From positions 1 through 56,015 of the forward strand of contig JACPAV010000023.1 of assembly GCA_016180645.1 (NCBI GenBank): 56,015 bases of DNA. Reading direction: 5' to 3'. The notes under the pieces were generated by a model. The model was not told the DNA's origin. It saw only the letters and a program-made list of their open reading frames with translations, and ran no database searches. This document shows positions 32,041 through 41,868 of the stretch, one piece after another. Every line of letters begins with the position of its first letter. Within the stretch, counting starts at the first letter, position 1. Position numbers and translations under genes: made by a program. The DNA comes from Nitrospirota bacterium (lineage in GTDB: Bacteria; JACPQY01).

Positions 32041-33452
32041 GCGGAAACCCCTCCGAATTCCCTTGGAAACGCCATGGAAAATGTGGACCCCGTTCCCACC
32101 CGGCTGTGCACGGTGAGCTGGCCCCCGACAAGTCCCATCAGCTTCCGGCTGATGGCGAGGCCGAGACCCGTTCCCCCGTACGCGCGCGTCGCCGTCGAGT
32201 CGACCTGTCGGAACTCCTCGAAAACGAGATGTTGGTCATCCTCCCGGATGCCGATCCCCGTGTCCGACACATGGATTTGAACCCACTCCTCCCGGAGTCC
32301 GTCCGGGGTGAAGAGCCGGGTGGTGATTCGAACCTCTCCCTGGGCCGTGAATTTGATCGCGTTGGAGAGGAGATTGTAGAGCACCTGCTGGAGTTTCCCC
32401 CGATCGGACCGGACGTGCAAATCGCCCGGGACTTCGTCGGTCTTGAGGGACAAACTCTTGGCCTCGGCCAGCGGCATGAAGGTGGTGAGGGCGCTCGCGT
32501 AGAGATCCTTCAGGGGGACGGTTTCAATCTTAACCGGCATTTTTCCCGCCTCTACGCGAGAGAGATCCAAAACGTCACTGATGAGCCTGAGAAGGTTCTG
32601 GCTGCTGTGAGTGATTTTCTGCAAGGCCTCCTTCTGCTTGTCGGACACGGAGCCGTACACTTCGTCGCGGAGGAGCGCGGTGTAGCCCACGATGGAGTTG
32701 AGCGGGGTGCGGATCTCGTGGGACATGTTGGCCAGAAACTCTGATTTTAGACGGTTGGCCCGCCGCAGGTCTGCCACCATCTGTTCGGCCTGTACCTCGC
32801 GAACCTTGGCCTGCGCTTCAAACTTGCGGCGTTGGCCCTCGACCTCCGTGGCCATCGAGGCAAGGGACTGCGCGGCGGCCTTCCACCCCCCCCGGCTCAT
32901 GCGCGGTACGTGGGAAGGCACGGCGCCATGCGAGATTCCAGCCGCGAAGCCGGTCAGCCTCCGAAGCGGGATTCGGACACCGGCGTTGATTTCGAACAAA
33001 CCCCAAGCGCACAGGATCAGCGCCAACACGCCGGCACCGGCTAGCTGGAGCCGGAATCGCCTCCGGGATTCCTGCTCCGACCATCGGATCGCGCCCTGCT
33101 CTGAATCGATCAGCCGCCGGAGCCGGCGCACTGCATCGGCATGAAGCGCTGGATCGCCCGAAGCCGCTGGAGACCGGAGCGCCTCGATACCCTCCGCCCA
33201 CTGTGCGCGGAGTGCCTTCGAGAGCAGCCCCGATGTTCCAAGGGACCGAAGCCGTTCCAATGCCTGCCTGGCCGGCTCGGAGTCGACCTCACGAATGGAC
33301 GCAAACTCCGCCAATTCCACGGCGGCCGCAATCAGAGCTTCGGCCGTCGCCTCGGCAGGATCGCGGTCTCGGACCAGAGATAGCCACGCCACACCCGTGA
33401 GCGCCAGGCACAACATGGCGGCGAGAACCACCACGGCCGCCAGTCGGGTCAT
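32037..33452 (-). CDS. Membrane sensor histidine kinase
   Basis: Two TM segments, HAMP-like linker, EFLANMSHEIRTPL H-box, NLLSNAIKFT, DTGIGI, GTGLGL. Confidence 0.94.
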   Translation of the reverse strand: MTRLAAVVVLAAMLCLALTGVAWLSLVRDRDPAEATAEALIAAAVELAEFASIREVDSEPARQALERLRSLGTSGLLSKALRAQWAEGIEALRSPAASGDPALHADAVRRLRRLIDSEQGAIRWSEQESRRRFRLQLAGAGVLALILCAWGLFEINAGVRIPLRRLTGFAAGISHGAVPSHVPRMSRGGWKAAAQSLASMATEVEGQRRKFEAQAKVREVQAEQMVADLRRANRLKSEFLANMSHEIRTPLNSIVGYTALLRDEVYGSVSDKQKEALQKITHSSQNLLRLISDVLDLSRVEAGKMPVKIETVPLKDLYASALTTFMPLAEAKSLSLKTDEVPGDLHVRSDRGKLQQVLYNLLSNAIKFTAQGEVRITTRLFTPDGLREEWVQIHVSDTGIGIREDDQHLVFEEFRQVDSTATRAYGGTGLGLAISRKLMGLVGGQLTVHSRVGTGSTFSMAFPREFGGVSA

Positions 33453-33462
33453 CCGCCTTTCC

Positions 33463-34839
33463 TCACTGCACGGACGAGCGGATTCCGAGCTTCTTCATCT
33501 TATAGATCAGCGTGGTGCGATCGATTCCCAGCGTTTCCGCCGTTCGCGACTGATTGTGCGCATTTGCCGAGAGGGCCTCGACAATGATTTGTCGTTCCGC
33601 ATTCTCCAGAGTGCTCTTCAATCTGGCATTCGACGAGCCGGTTCCGCCGGCGTGAAGTCCCAGTTCAAGCGGGAGATGTCGCTCCTCCACGGTCTCACCC
33701 TCGTGCATGGACACGATCCGTTCGACAACGTGTTCCAACTCGCGCACGTTCCCCGGCCAGGAGTAAGCCGAGAGACTTCTCGCGGCTTCCGGACTGAGCG
33801 ACGAAAACTTCTTGCCGTATCGGGAGGCGAAACGCGCCAGAAAGGCTTTCGCCAGCACGGGAATATCCTCCTGCCTCTCGCGGAGAGGCGGTACGTGGAT
33901 GGGCACGGTGTGGAGCCGATAGTAGAGATCTGTTCGAAATTGCCCGCCATCCATCGCCTTCTGGAGATCCATGTTCGTGGCGGAAATGACGCGAACGTCC
34001 ACCGGAATCATCCTCTCGCCGCCGATCCGTTCGATCTCCCGCTCTTGCAGAACCCGGAGGAGACGGACCTGCACCTGCGGCGACATGGTGCCGATCTCGT
34101 CGAAGAACAGTGTCCCGTTGTCCGCCAGCTCGAATTTTCCAAGCCGGCGATTCATCGCTCCTGTAAAGGCGCCTTTCTCGTGGCCGAAGAGGTCGCTTTC
34201 AAGGAGGTTGTCCGGCACAGCGGCGAGATGAACGGCCACGAATGGACGTTCCGCCCGCCGACTGAGTCGATGCACGGCTCGGGCGACAAGTTCCTTTCCC
34301 ACGCCTGTTTCGCCTGTAATGAGAACGGCCGTATCGGTCGGGGCCACTTCTTTCACGGCGCGCATCACCGACTGCATCGCGGAAGATTCGAACAGGATCT
34401 GGTGCGGGTGTTGCTCCTCCGCCGCTTTGCGATACGCCATCGATTCGCGATTCATTCGCCGCTTCTCCAAGGCTTTCCGTCCGGTCAGTCGGAGCCGTGT
34501 GAGTTGCTCGTCATCGATGGGTTTCTGCACGTAATCGAACGCGCCGCGCTTGCCCGCGTCGAAGGCGTTCTCCGGCTCGTACCCCGCGGTGATCACGATG
34601 ACCTCGATCGTCGAATCGATGTCCTTGATTTTGGGGAGAAGTCCGAGGCCCGCGTTGCTCTGATCCCCAAGGCAAAGATCGAGGAGCACGAGATCGATGG
34701 ATTTCTGCACGAGGAGTTCCAGCGCGCCGGCCGCGCTCGATGCCGTTGACACCTCGTATTCATCTTTCAGCTTATGGGCGAGGTAGTCGGTGACCGCGGG
34801 ATCATCGTCCACTACCAACACCTGCGGTCGTCGAGCCAT
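33463..34839 (-). CDS. Sigma-54-dependent response regulator (NtrC family: REC-AAA+-Fis HTH)
   Basis: GETGVGKE, GAFTGA, WPGNVREL, C-terminal HTH (LGIDRTTL). Probable start MARRPQ at 34839. Confidence 0.96.
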   Translation of the reverse strand: MARRPQVLVVDDDPAVTDYLAHKLKDEYEVSTASSAAGALELLVQKSIDLVLLDLCLGDQSNAGLGLLPKIKDIDSTIEVIVITAGYEPENAFDAGKRGAFDYVQKPIDDEQLTRLRLTGRKALEKRRMNRESMAYRKAAEEQHPHQILFESSAMQSVMRAVKEVAPTDTAVLITGETGVGKELVARAVHRLSRRAERPFVAVHLAAVPDNLLESDLFGHEKGAFTGAMNRRLGKFELADNGTLFFDEIGTMSPQVQVRLLRVLQEREIERIGGERMIPVDVRVISATNMDLQKAMDGGQFRTDLYYRLHTVPIHVPPLRERQEDIPVLAKAFLARFASRYGKKFSSLSPEAARSLSAYSWPGNVRELEHVVERIVSMHEGETVEERHLPLELGLHAGGTGSSNARLKSTLENAERQIIVEALSANAHNQSRTAETLGIDRTTLIYKMKKLGIRSSVQ

Positions 34840-34910
34840 CACGATTGAAGCGCCGGGGCCCTGTTCGCACTCCCCTGCGCCTATTCCTCCTGACCCAATC
34901 CTACAGTCCT

Positions 34911-34957
34911 TGTTGGAAAATTCAACAAACTTCTGAAGATTGTGGGGAGCGCCAACG
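34911..34957. promoter_or_regulatory. Tandem upstream activator (enhancer-like) sites, TGT-N11-AC(A/G)
   Basis: TGTTGGAAAATTCAACA (34911) and TGTGGGGAGCGCCAACG (34941), 30 bp apart; first is 129 bp from the -24 GG. Confidence 0.65.
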
Positions 34958-35037
34958 AGGAAACGATCTTTGCCATTGACACGCTGCATAACCCTTCATA
35001 ACTTCTTTGTTATTCACTCAGTGATTCAGATCACATC

Positions 35038-35054
35038 TTGGCAATCTCCTTGCG
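35038..35054 (+). promoter_or_regulatory. Sigma-54 -24/-12 promoter
   Basis: TTGGCAATCTCCTTGCG; GG-N10-GC spacing matches TGGCAC-N5-TTGC. Confidence 0.8.
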
Positions 35055-35067
35055 TTTGCAATTTTCA

Positions 35068-38000
35068 ATGCTTCCCGAAGTGACTTTGGACTCTCTGACT
35101 CGCGCAACTTTCATTAGCGCCATTCTCGCCGCCATCCTGCTGTTGAATCTGAGTTCGTGCACCCGAAAGGGCGGTCGCTTGCTCCGAACCCCGCGGACGA
35201 CATCTTCTCCAAATGAAGGGAAGGCCTCCGAATCTCCCGCTGATGCCACCATCACCGGCGAAATATCGCCTGCATCCGCAAGGATTCTCGGCCGAGTCGT
35301 TTCCGAATCCGGCGAACCGGTTCCCGGCGCAAAGGTGAAGGTCATGCGGTTTGGTGATTCCAGCCTTTCGCGCGAGACGATGGCGGACGGCAATGGAGTT
35401 TTCTCCTTCGACTGGGATCAACTCGAAACCGTGGCGGTGTCTTCCACGGCTGAAGGATTCGCCACTCAAAGCACGATTGTCGATCTTGTCGAGCAGAGCA
35501 CGAGCTTGTCTCTCACGCTTCCCGCGATCCACTTTGTGAAGGACTACGAAATCAAGGCCGACACCCCGGAACTCAAGATCGACCTTCCCGACAACTCAGT
35601 CTCCATCGAGATTCCCGACCCGGCCCGAGCACTGGGAACGACCGGTCCGATTCGAGTGGAAGTCTCCTCACCTTCTTCAGGCGGCGCCGATGTGCCCATG
35701 CCCGGCGGATTCATGGCGATTCTGTCCCGCACCCCTTCCCCCTCCCCCTCGACGGGGGAGGGTCAGGGTGGGGGTGAAAACGTGCGAAAGCAGGCTGTTC
35801 GCCGTTCGGGGCCCGGACCAGAGGAGATTGTTCAGCTCGCCTCGGTCGCCTATGCGGACATTACCCTCCGTGATTCCGCCGGAAACGAGATTCATGAGCT
35901 GAACTCACCCGCCAAGGTAAGAATGAAAATCACGCCTGGCACGCTGAATCCCGCCACCAACGCGCCGTTCAAGATCGGCGATACGGTCCCCATGTGGTAC
36001 ATCGATCCCGACGCTGGCACATGGGTCCCGGAAATCGATGAGAAGGGTGAGCAGACCGTCGGGACCGTCCTGGGAGCCGATACCGGTCTACAGGCAGAGT
36101 TCATGGCGAAACATTTTACGTGGTGGAATTTGGACCAGCCCATTTCCACACGGCATTGTTTGCGCGGAAGGGTAATCGACCCATGCAATCTGCCCGTTAC
36201 CAATGTGAGCGTCTGTGCCAACGGAGTGAGTTTCCAGGGGGCAAGTTGTCGCGGTGCGACCAAGTTCGTCTACAAGCGAGAAGATGGGCTGGGACAGGAA
36301 GGATTATTTTGCTTGGACATCCTGAAGGGTAGCACAGTCGATCTCCAAGTCGGTCGGGGCGGGATCTACAAGGGAAGATTCGATCTCGATGAAGTCCTTT
36401 GGCAGAAACAGCTCTCCGTATCGGGTACGGAGGCCACATGCGGCCAATCACCACTCGCATGCACGGACCTCGGGGACGTGGTGGTGCTCCGCTCTCTACG
36501 CCGAGTAGTAGGCCGAATTGTCAACAAGGGGGGGGAGATGGTGGGCCACGCCCTGGTTAGTGTGAATGGGAGGGTTTTTGAGGCGGCGGGCGACGGTCAT
36601 TTCGAACTCAGAAGTGAGCCAACCGAGAACCTCACGATTTCTTTCACCCACCCCAAGGGCGCAAAGTTCGGCCAGACTACGCGCGGGGCGAACATTCCCG
36701 GAGTGACCCCCGAGCCGGGCAAGTGCGAACAGCTCCCCCCGATCGATCTTGGAGACATTCCCATGAACACGGAAACAGGATGTCTGCGAGGGAAAGTCGT
36801 GGACGAAACGGGGAACGTGGTCCAAAATGCCAATCTCGCCTTGGGCGGAAGTTTCGTCCAAAGCGACCGAGGCGGGAACTACTGCCTGGAGTCGCTCACC
36901 GGCGCGCAGGAACTCAACCTTCGTCTGTATGATCGTGGCCGCGGCCGCCTCCACACGAAAAAAGCCCCCTACCAAATCGTGGGAGGCGGCTATTGCGGCG
37001 GAGGGGACGAACGGTGCGTCCATGCGGATATCGTCGTGGAACTCGGAGATGCCTGCATCTCCGGCACGGTCAAGGACCAAGCAGGCAAGCCCCTCGACAG
37101 CGCGGTTGTTCAGATCGGCAACCAAATGGTCACCACCGATAAAACCGGTCATTATTGCATCCAGGCCCAAGCCCGCGCGAAGCAGAGCATTCGATTCAGA
37201 GCCTTCTCCGGGATCGGCGGCGCCGCATCCGAATCTGAGGAAACCGTCGAAGTCGAAACCAGCGGTCCCGGCCTGTGCAGCGCGAACGCAAAGAAGAATT
37301 GCACTTCGCATGACGCAACCATTCGCATCAACCAGCCACCGGCCATCGATTCGATCAAGGCGAGGGACAAGCGCGTGGACCCATCCGAAGAAACCGAAAT
37401 CACGCTCCGAGCGACCGATCCCGAAGACGCAGAGATGGGCTTCGTCTGGTCCTCCACCGGCGGTGAGGTCCAAGCCCCAAACTCCAAGATTTCCGGCCAG
37501 CACCCCCCATCCCCACCTTCCCCCTCAAGGGGGGAAGGGACGATAGGGAACCCGCTTCACACAGCTTCCCCCTCCCCCTCGACGGGGGAGGGTCAGGGTG
37601 GGAGTGAACGCCCACCTCAGGCTGGTCCCACCCGCCAAATCACCTGGAAAGCCCCCGCGGAACCCGGCGTATACACCGTCAGCGTCATCGCCAAGGACGA
37701 TCGCGGCGCAACAGCCATCGCAAGCGTGGAGATCCCCGTCGGACAGGATCAAGACGGCGACGGCTTCATCGAGAAGATCGACTGCGACGACCGGAACTCC
37801 AGTGTCCACCCCGGCGCTCCGGAGATCTGCGATCAGACCGACAACGACTGCAACGGGAAGGTCGATGACGTTCCCGCCACAATGGTCTTCTGGAAGGACC
37901 AGGACGGCGACGGGTACACGGACGGCACTTTCTTGAAGGGCTGCCCGGTGGGTCCCGGCTGGACTCAGACCGCGAAGAGAGGCGATTGCCGGGATGATCT

Positions 38001-41000
38001 CAGCGTCGTGACACCCGGCGCCGTCGAAATCTGCGATGGGCTGGACAATAACTGCGACGGTCAAATCGACGAGAACACCGGCGGCGGTTCCTGCAACACA
38101 ACGATGGCCGGCACGTGCTCCTCCGGTTCACTTGTCTGCGCCAAAGGCACACTCGCCTGCGCCCAACGCCTATCGCCCACCGCCGAATCCTGCGACGGCC
38201 TGGACAATGACTGCGACGGTTTGATCGACGAAAACCTCGGCGGACAAGCCTGCAACGCAAACAAGCCGGGGCTCTGCTCCACGGGAGATATGGCTTGCAA
38301 GAACGGCGTCATGGCCTGCATCCCGCGCCTCGCGCCCACCGCCGAATCTTGCGACGGCCTCGACAACGATTGCGACGGGACGGTGGATGAGAATTGCGAG
38401 TGTATCGACGGAAAAAGCCAGCCTTGCTACACCGGGCCGGCCGGATCGAACAGCGTGGGAGTGTGCAGGGCGGGGACTCAGACCTGTGCAAGCGGCATAT
38501 GGGGTGTTTGCGCAGGCCAGAAGCTCCCCGCCCCGGAGATTTGCGACGGGGTGGACAACGATTGCAATGGACAGGCGGACGAACAGACGGGCGGCGGCTC
38601 ATGCTCAACGGGACAGCCGGGCGTGTGCGCCCAAGGCGCCATGAAATGCGCCTCGGGTTCCCTCGTCTGCGCTCCCCTCGCGCTGCCCTCCGCCGAGAGG
38701 TGCGACGGCCTCGACAACGATTGCGACGGCCTTGCCGATGAGAACTTCCCCACTAAAGGGGAATCTTGCTCCACGGGCACCGGCGCCTGTGAAGTGGAGG
38801 GCGTCGTAGGTTGCAGCACGGATGGAACGTCCGTCACCTGTCTGGCCGACCCCCGATCCCCGACCCCTGAACTGTGCGATGGCTTCGACAATGACTGCGA
38901 CGGCCTCGCGGACGAGGATTTCTTGAATAGGGGACAAAATTGCCTCGCTGGAACCGGCGCATGTCAGGCGGCGGGGGTGATTTCTTGCTCCGCGGATGGC
39001 ACAGGCACGCTTTGTTCCGCGGTCCCGCTGTCCCCCAGTCCCGAACTTTGCGACACGGTGGACAACGATTGCGACGGCGTGATCGACAACGGCTGTTCTT
39101 GCGTGGACGGGACTTCCCGCCCCTGCTACTCAGGTCTGGCCGGAACAGCGGGCACTGGCCTTTGCTCGATGGGATCCCAATCATGCCCCGGCGGTCAATG
39201 GGGCATCTGCGCAGGGGAAACGACTCCGGCGATGGAAGTGTGCGATGGTCTCGACAACAACTGCAACGGCCAAGTGGATGAGAACACAGGCGGGGCCGCC
39301 TGCTCCACAGGCAAGCCCGGCCTGTGTGCCGAAGGGACTCTCAATTGCGTGAATGGCGCTCTCATCTGCGCCCAACGCCTATCGCCCTCCGCCGAAATCT
39401 GCGAAGGCCTCGATAACGATTGCGACGGGTCGGTGGACGAAACGTTCTCTACCAAGGGCCAGATTTGCATGGTGGGCATCGGCCAGTGTCAGGCGTCGGG
39501 ATCTGTGGTCTGTACCATCGACGGTTCGGGCACGGTCTGTTCCGCTGCCCCCCGCCCCCCGGCACCTGAACTCTGTGACTCACTGGACAACGATTGCGAT
39601 GGCAGCACCGACGAAGACTTCTTCAGCAAGGGTCATGCGTGCTCGGAGGGAGTTGGGATGTGCCAGGCCACGGGAACCTTCCAATGTAGCTCCGATGGCT
39701 CGGTCCTGATCTGTTCGGCTGACCCCTGGCCTCCGACCCCTGAATCCTGCGACGCCTTCGACAACGACTGCGATGGCCTCACGGATGAAGGGTGCAACTG
39801 TCTCGACGGCGCCACGCAACCCTGCTACATGGGTCCGGCGAATACCGAAGGCGTGGGACTTTGCACTTCGGGCACCCAGACGTGCTCGAGTGGCAATTGG
39901 GGAATGTGCTCCGGCCAGAAAACTCCGGGTGCCGAACTATGCGACGGCCAGGACAACGATTGTGACACCGCGATTGATGAGGAGACGGGCGGCGGAAGTT
40001 GCAGCACCGGACAATCCGGCGTCTGCTCCGCAGGGACCTTCGCCTGCTCCAACGGCGCTCTCACCTGCGCCCAACGCCTATCGCCCTCCGCCGAGTCCTG
40101 CGACGGCCTCGACAATGACTGCGACGCTTCCACGGACGAGACGTTCACAAATCTGGGCCAATCCTGCTCCGCCGGCGCTGGCGAATGCAAGACAACGGGC
40201 GCGTTCATCTGCCTCGCGGACGGTTCAGGTTCGACCTGCTCCGTGTTCGCGGGCGCACCGTTACCTGAACTCTGTGATGGCCTCGACAACGATTGCGACG
40301 GCCAGACGGACGAGGACAACGTCTGCATTCCCGCCGCCCCTTCCAACCTCACCGCGACGGCCATATCTTCCAGCTCCATCCGCCTCAACTGGACCGACAA
40401 CTCCACCAACGAAACCGGCTTCATCATCGAGCGAAAGATCGGCTCCACCGACTCATACACTCAATTGGCTTCAACTGCCGCCAACACCACCCCCTACACC
40501 GATTCCGGCCTGACCGAGGGCACCGACTACTGGTACCGCGTCGCCGCTTACTCTGCCAAGGGAATCTCCCCCTATTCGGCAGAAGCTTCCGCCCTGCGCA
40601 GCCAGCCAAAGATTACGGCCATTGCGGCGGGGGGCGCCCACACATGCGGATTGGCCGTTAACGGAGAAATCAAGTGTTGGGGATCCAATGGCTACGGAGC
40701 GCTTGGAGATGGGACAACAACTAGTAGACCCATCCCCATCACCGTTCCCTTTTCCCTTGGCGCTGCGGCAATTTCTACCGGATTGAATCACACCTGCGAA
40801 GCCTCCTGGGATGGGTCGGTTCGATGTTGGGGCGACAACTTCTTTGGGCAACTCGGTGATGGGACAACTAAGAACAGACTAACACCCCAGGTTGTTAGCT
40901 CGATTACGGATGCTGTCGCGATATCGAGCGGACCTTCCCACACTTGCGCACTTGCTGCAGATGGAACGGCCAGTTGCTGGGGGGCGACTGGATCGGGGGA

Positions 41001-41640
41001 AAAGAACCTAGTGCCCATCAAAGTCTCTGGCCTGCACGGCGTCGTAGCGCTCTCGGCGGGAAATTCCCACACCTGCGCACTTCTACTCGAAGGAACGGTA
41101 TGGTGCTGGGGGGCAAATTGGTACGGACAACTCGGAGACGGAACCACGACGGGAAGCAAGACCCCTGTACATGTCTCCTCTCTGACAAACGTCGTGGCCA
41201 TAGCCACGGGCTTCTATCACACATGTGCGCTCGAGGCAGAGGGAGCCATGAAGTGTTGGGGGCTTAACTGGGAAGGTCAGCTTGGGAATGGATCGTTCAT
41301 CAATCTTTCCACACCACTGCAAGTCTTCCAAGGCGCTGAAGTGAAGGGAATATCCTGCGGCTCTTACCACACCTGCGCACTCGTATCGGACGGTACGGTG
41401 AATTGTTGGGGAGACAATTTCTACGGGCAGGTAGGAGATGGATCCACTTCCAACCGGGGCGTACCTGTGCCCGTCTTGGGGCTCACGGGTGCGACTTCCG
41501 TAACTGCCGGCTACTCCCACGCCTGTGGACTCGTGGCGGAAGGAGTAGCCAGATGCTGGGGGAACAATGGCAGTGGACAGCTAGGCGATGGGACCACAAC
41601 CAATCGCCTCACCCCCGTCCAGGTGCTGAATCTTCCGTAA
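35068..41640 (+). CDS. Giant surface lipoprotein: carboxypeptidase-regulatory-like/Ig domains, 15 Cys-rich CDGxDNDCDG (MopE-related) repeats, FN3, C-terminal RCC1 propeller
   Basis: Lipobox LSSC; repeats at about 37745-40330; FN3 (LNWTDNS..ETGF..ERK, YWYRVAAY); about seven HTC...CWG.N..GQLGDG repeats. Start placed downstream of the sigma-54 promoter. Confidence 0.88.
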   Translation: MLPEVTLDSLTRATFISAILAAILLLNLSSCTRKGGRLLRTPRTTSSPNEGKASESPADATITGEISPASARILGRVVSESGEPVPGAKVKVMRFGDSSLSRETMADGNGVFSFDWDQLETVAVSSTAEGFATQSTIVDLVEQSTSLSLTLPAIHFVKDYEIKADTPELKIDLPDNSVSIEIPDPARALGTTGPIRVEVSSPSSGGADVPMPGGFMAILSRTPSPSPSTGEGQGGGENVRKQAVRRSGPGPEEIVQLASVAYADITLRDSAGNEIHELNSPAKVRMKITPGTLNPATNAPFKIGDTVPMWYIDPDAGTWVPEIDEKGEQTVGTVLGADTGLQAEFMAKHFTWWNLDQPISTRHCLRGRVIDPCNLPVTNVSVCANGVSFQGASCRGATKFVYKREDGLGQEGLFCLDILKGSTVDLQVGRGGIYKGRFDLDEVLWQKQLSVSGTEATCGQSPLACTDLGDVVVLRSLRRVVGRIVNKGGEMVGHALVSVNGRVFEAAGDGHFELRSEPTENLTISFTHPKGAKFGQTTRGANIPGVTPEPGKCEQLPPIDLGDIPMNTETGCLRGKVVDETGNVVQNANLALGGSFVQSDRGGNYCLESLTGAQELNLRLYDRGRGRLHTKKAPYQIVGGGYCGGGDERCVHADIVVELGDACISGTVKDQAGKPLDSAVVQIGNQMVTTDKTGHYCIQAQARAKQSIRFRAFSGIGGAASESEETVEVETSGPGLCSANAKKNCTSHDATIRINQPPAIDSIKARDKRVDPSEETEITLRATDPEDAEMGFVWSSTGGEVQAPNSKISGQHPPSPPSPSRGEGTIGNPLHTASPSPSTGEGQGGSERPPQAGPTRQITWKAPAEPGVYTVSVIAKDDRGATAIASVEIPVGQDQDGDGFIEKIDCDDRNSSVHPGAPEICDQTDNDCNGKVDDVPATMVFWKDQDGDGYTDGTFLKGCPVGPGWTQTAKRGDCRDDLSVVTPGAVEICDGLDNNCDGQIDENTGGGSCNTTMAGTCSSGSLVCAKGTLACAQRLSPTAESCDGLDNDCDGLIDENLGGQACNANKPGLCSTGDMACKNGVMACIPRLAPTAESCDGLDNDCDGTVDENCECIDGKSQPCYTGPAGSNSVGVCRAGTQTCASGIWGVCAGQKLPAPEICDGVDNDCNGQADEQTGGGSCSTGQPGVCAQGAMKCASGSLVCAPLALPSAERCDGLDNDCDGLADENFPTKGESCSTGTGACEVEGVVGCSTDGTSVTCLADPRSPTPELCDGFDNDCDGLADEDFLNRGQNCLAGTGACQAAGVISCSADGTGTLCSAVPLSPSPELCDTVDNDCDGVIDNGCSCVDGTSRPCYSGLAGTAGTGLCSMGSQSCPGGQWGICAGETTPAMEVCDGLDNNCNGQVDENTGGAACSTGKPGLCAEGTLNCVNGALICAQRLSPSAEICEGLDNDCDGSVDETFSTKGQICMVGIGQCQASGSVVCTIDGSGTVCSAAPRPPAPELCDSLDNDCDGSTDEDFFSKGHACSEGVGMCQATGTFQCSSDGSVLICSADPWPPTPESCDAFDNDCDGLTDEGCNCLDGATQPCYMGPANTEGVGLCTSGTQTCSSGNWGMCSGQKTPGAELCDGQDNDCDTAIDEETGGGSCSTGQSGVCSAGTFACSNGALTCAQRLSPSAESCDGLDNDCDASTDETFTNLGQSCSAGAGECKTTGAFICLADGSGSTCSVFAGAPLPELCDGLDNDCDGQTDEDNVCIPAAPSNLTATAISSSSIRLNWTDNSTNETGFIIERKIGSTDSYTQLASTAANTTPYTDSGLTEGTDYWYRVAAYSAKGISPYSAEASALRSQPKITAIAAGGAHTCGLAVNGEIKCWGSNGYGALGDGTTTSRPIPITVPFSLGAAAISTGLNHTCEASWDGSVRCWGDNFFGQLGDGTTKNRLTPQVVSSITDAVAISSGPSHTCALAADGTASCWGATGSGEKNLVPIKVSGLHGVVALSAGNSHTCALLLEGTVWCWGANWYGQLGDGTTTGSKTPVHVSSLTNVVAIATGFYHTCALEAEGAMKCWGLNWEGQLGNGSFINLSTPLQVFQGAEVKGISCGSYHTCALVSDGTVNCWGDNFYGQVGDGSTSNRGVPVPVLGLTGATSVTAGYSHACGLVAEGVARCWGNNGSGQLGDGTTTNRLTPVQVLNLP
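35735..35778. repeat. REP-like palindrome inside the coding sequence, in frame
   Basis: CTTCCCCCTCCCCCTCGACGGGGGAGGGTCAGGGTGGGGGTGAA; 43/44 identical to 37565-37608. Confidence 0.8.
37501..37608. repeat. REP-like doublet inside the coding sequence, in frame
   Basis: Two hairpins (CCTTCCCCCTCAAGGGGGGAAGG and CCCTCCCCCTCGACGGGGGAGGG) in opposite orientation. Confidence 0.8.
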
Positions 41641-41833
41641 CCGTCCACGCACTTATCCTGGTGCGCCTCACCTTCGTGGCTCGGCCTGATCGGACAAGTG
41701 CCGCACCTTCCTGGCTGGCACTCGCCAAACATTCCCTCCTCATCCTGAGTCGGGTTGATCGGTCGAGTGCCGCACCCTCCTGGCTGGTCCTCGGCCTGCC
41801 CTGAGCGTCCACGCGCCTGGTCATCCCTGACGC

Positions 41834-41863
41834 TTGACGATACTAACGTTACGCGTTAGTATC
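41834..41863 (+). promoter_or_regulatory. higBA promoter with palindromic operator
   Basis: TTGACG-17-TAGTAT; perfect inverted repeat GATACTAACG-TTACG-CGTTAGTATC. Confidence 0.8.
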
Positions 41864-41868
41864 CTCCC

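Noticed and set aside
33295-34749. 484-aa plus-strand ORF
   Set aside because: Antisense shadow of the NtrC-family gene; no recognisable motifs. Such ORFs are common in GC-rich DNA, and the same applies to most other overlapping ORFs in the track.
35038-35067. TTG start at 35038 for the giant gene
   Set aside because: It lies within the sigma-54 promoter itself, so translation must begin downstream (35068 or later).
37745-41640. Diversity-generating retroelement template/variable repeats
   Set aside because: No reverse transcriptase in the window; the repeats are in-frame protein repeats and I saw no adenine-specific mismatch pattern.
41687-41793. CRISPR array (38-bp repeat, 31-bp spacer)
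   Set aside because: Only two copies with 5 mismatches, no typical repeat terminus and no cas genes in the window.
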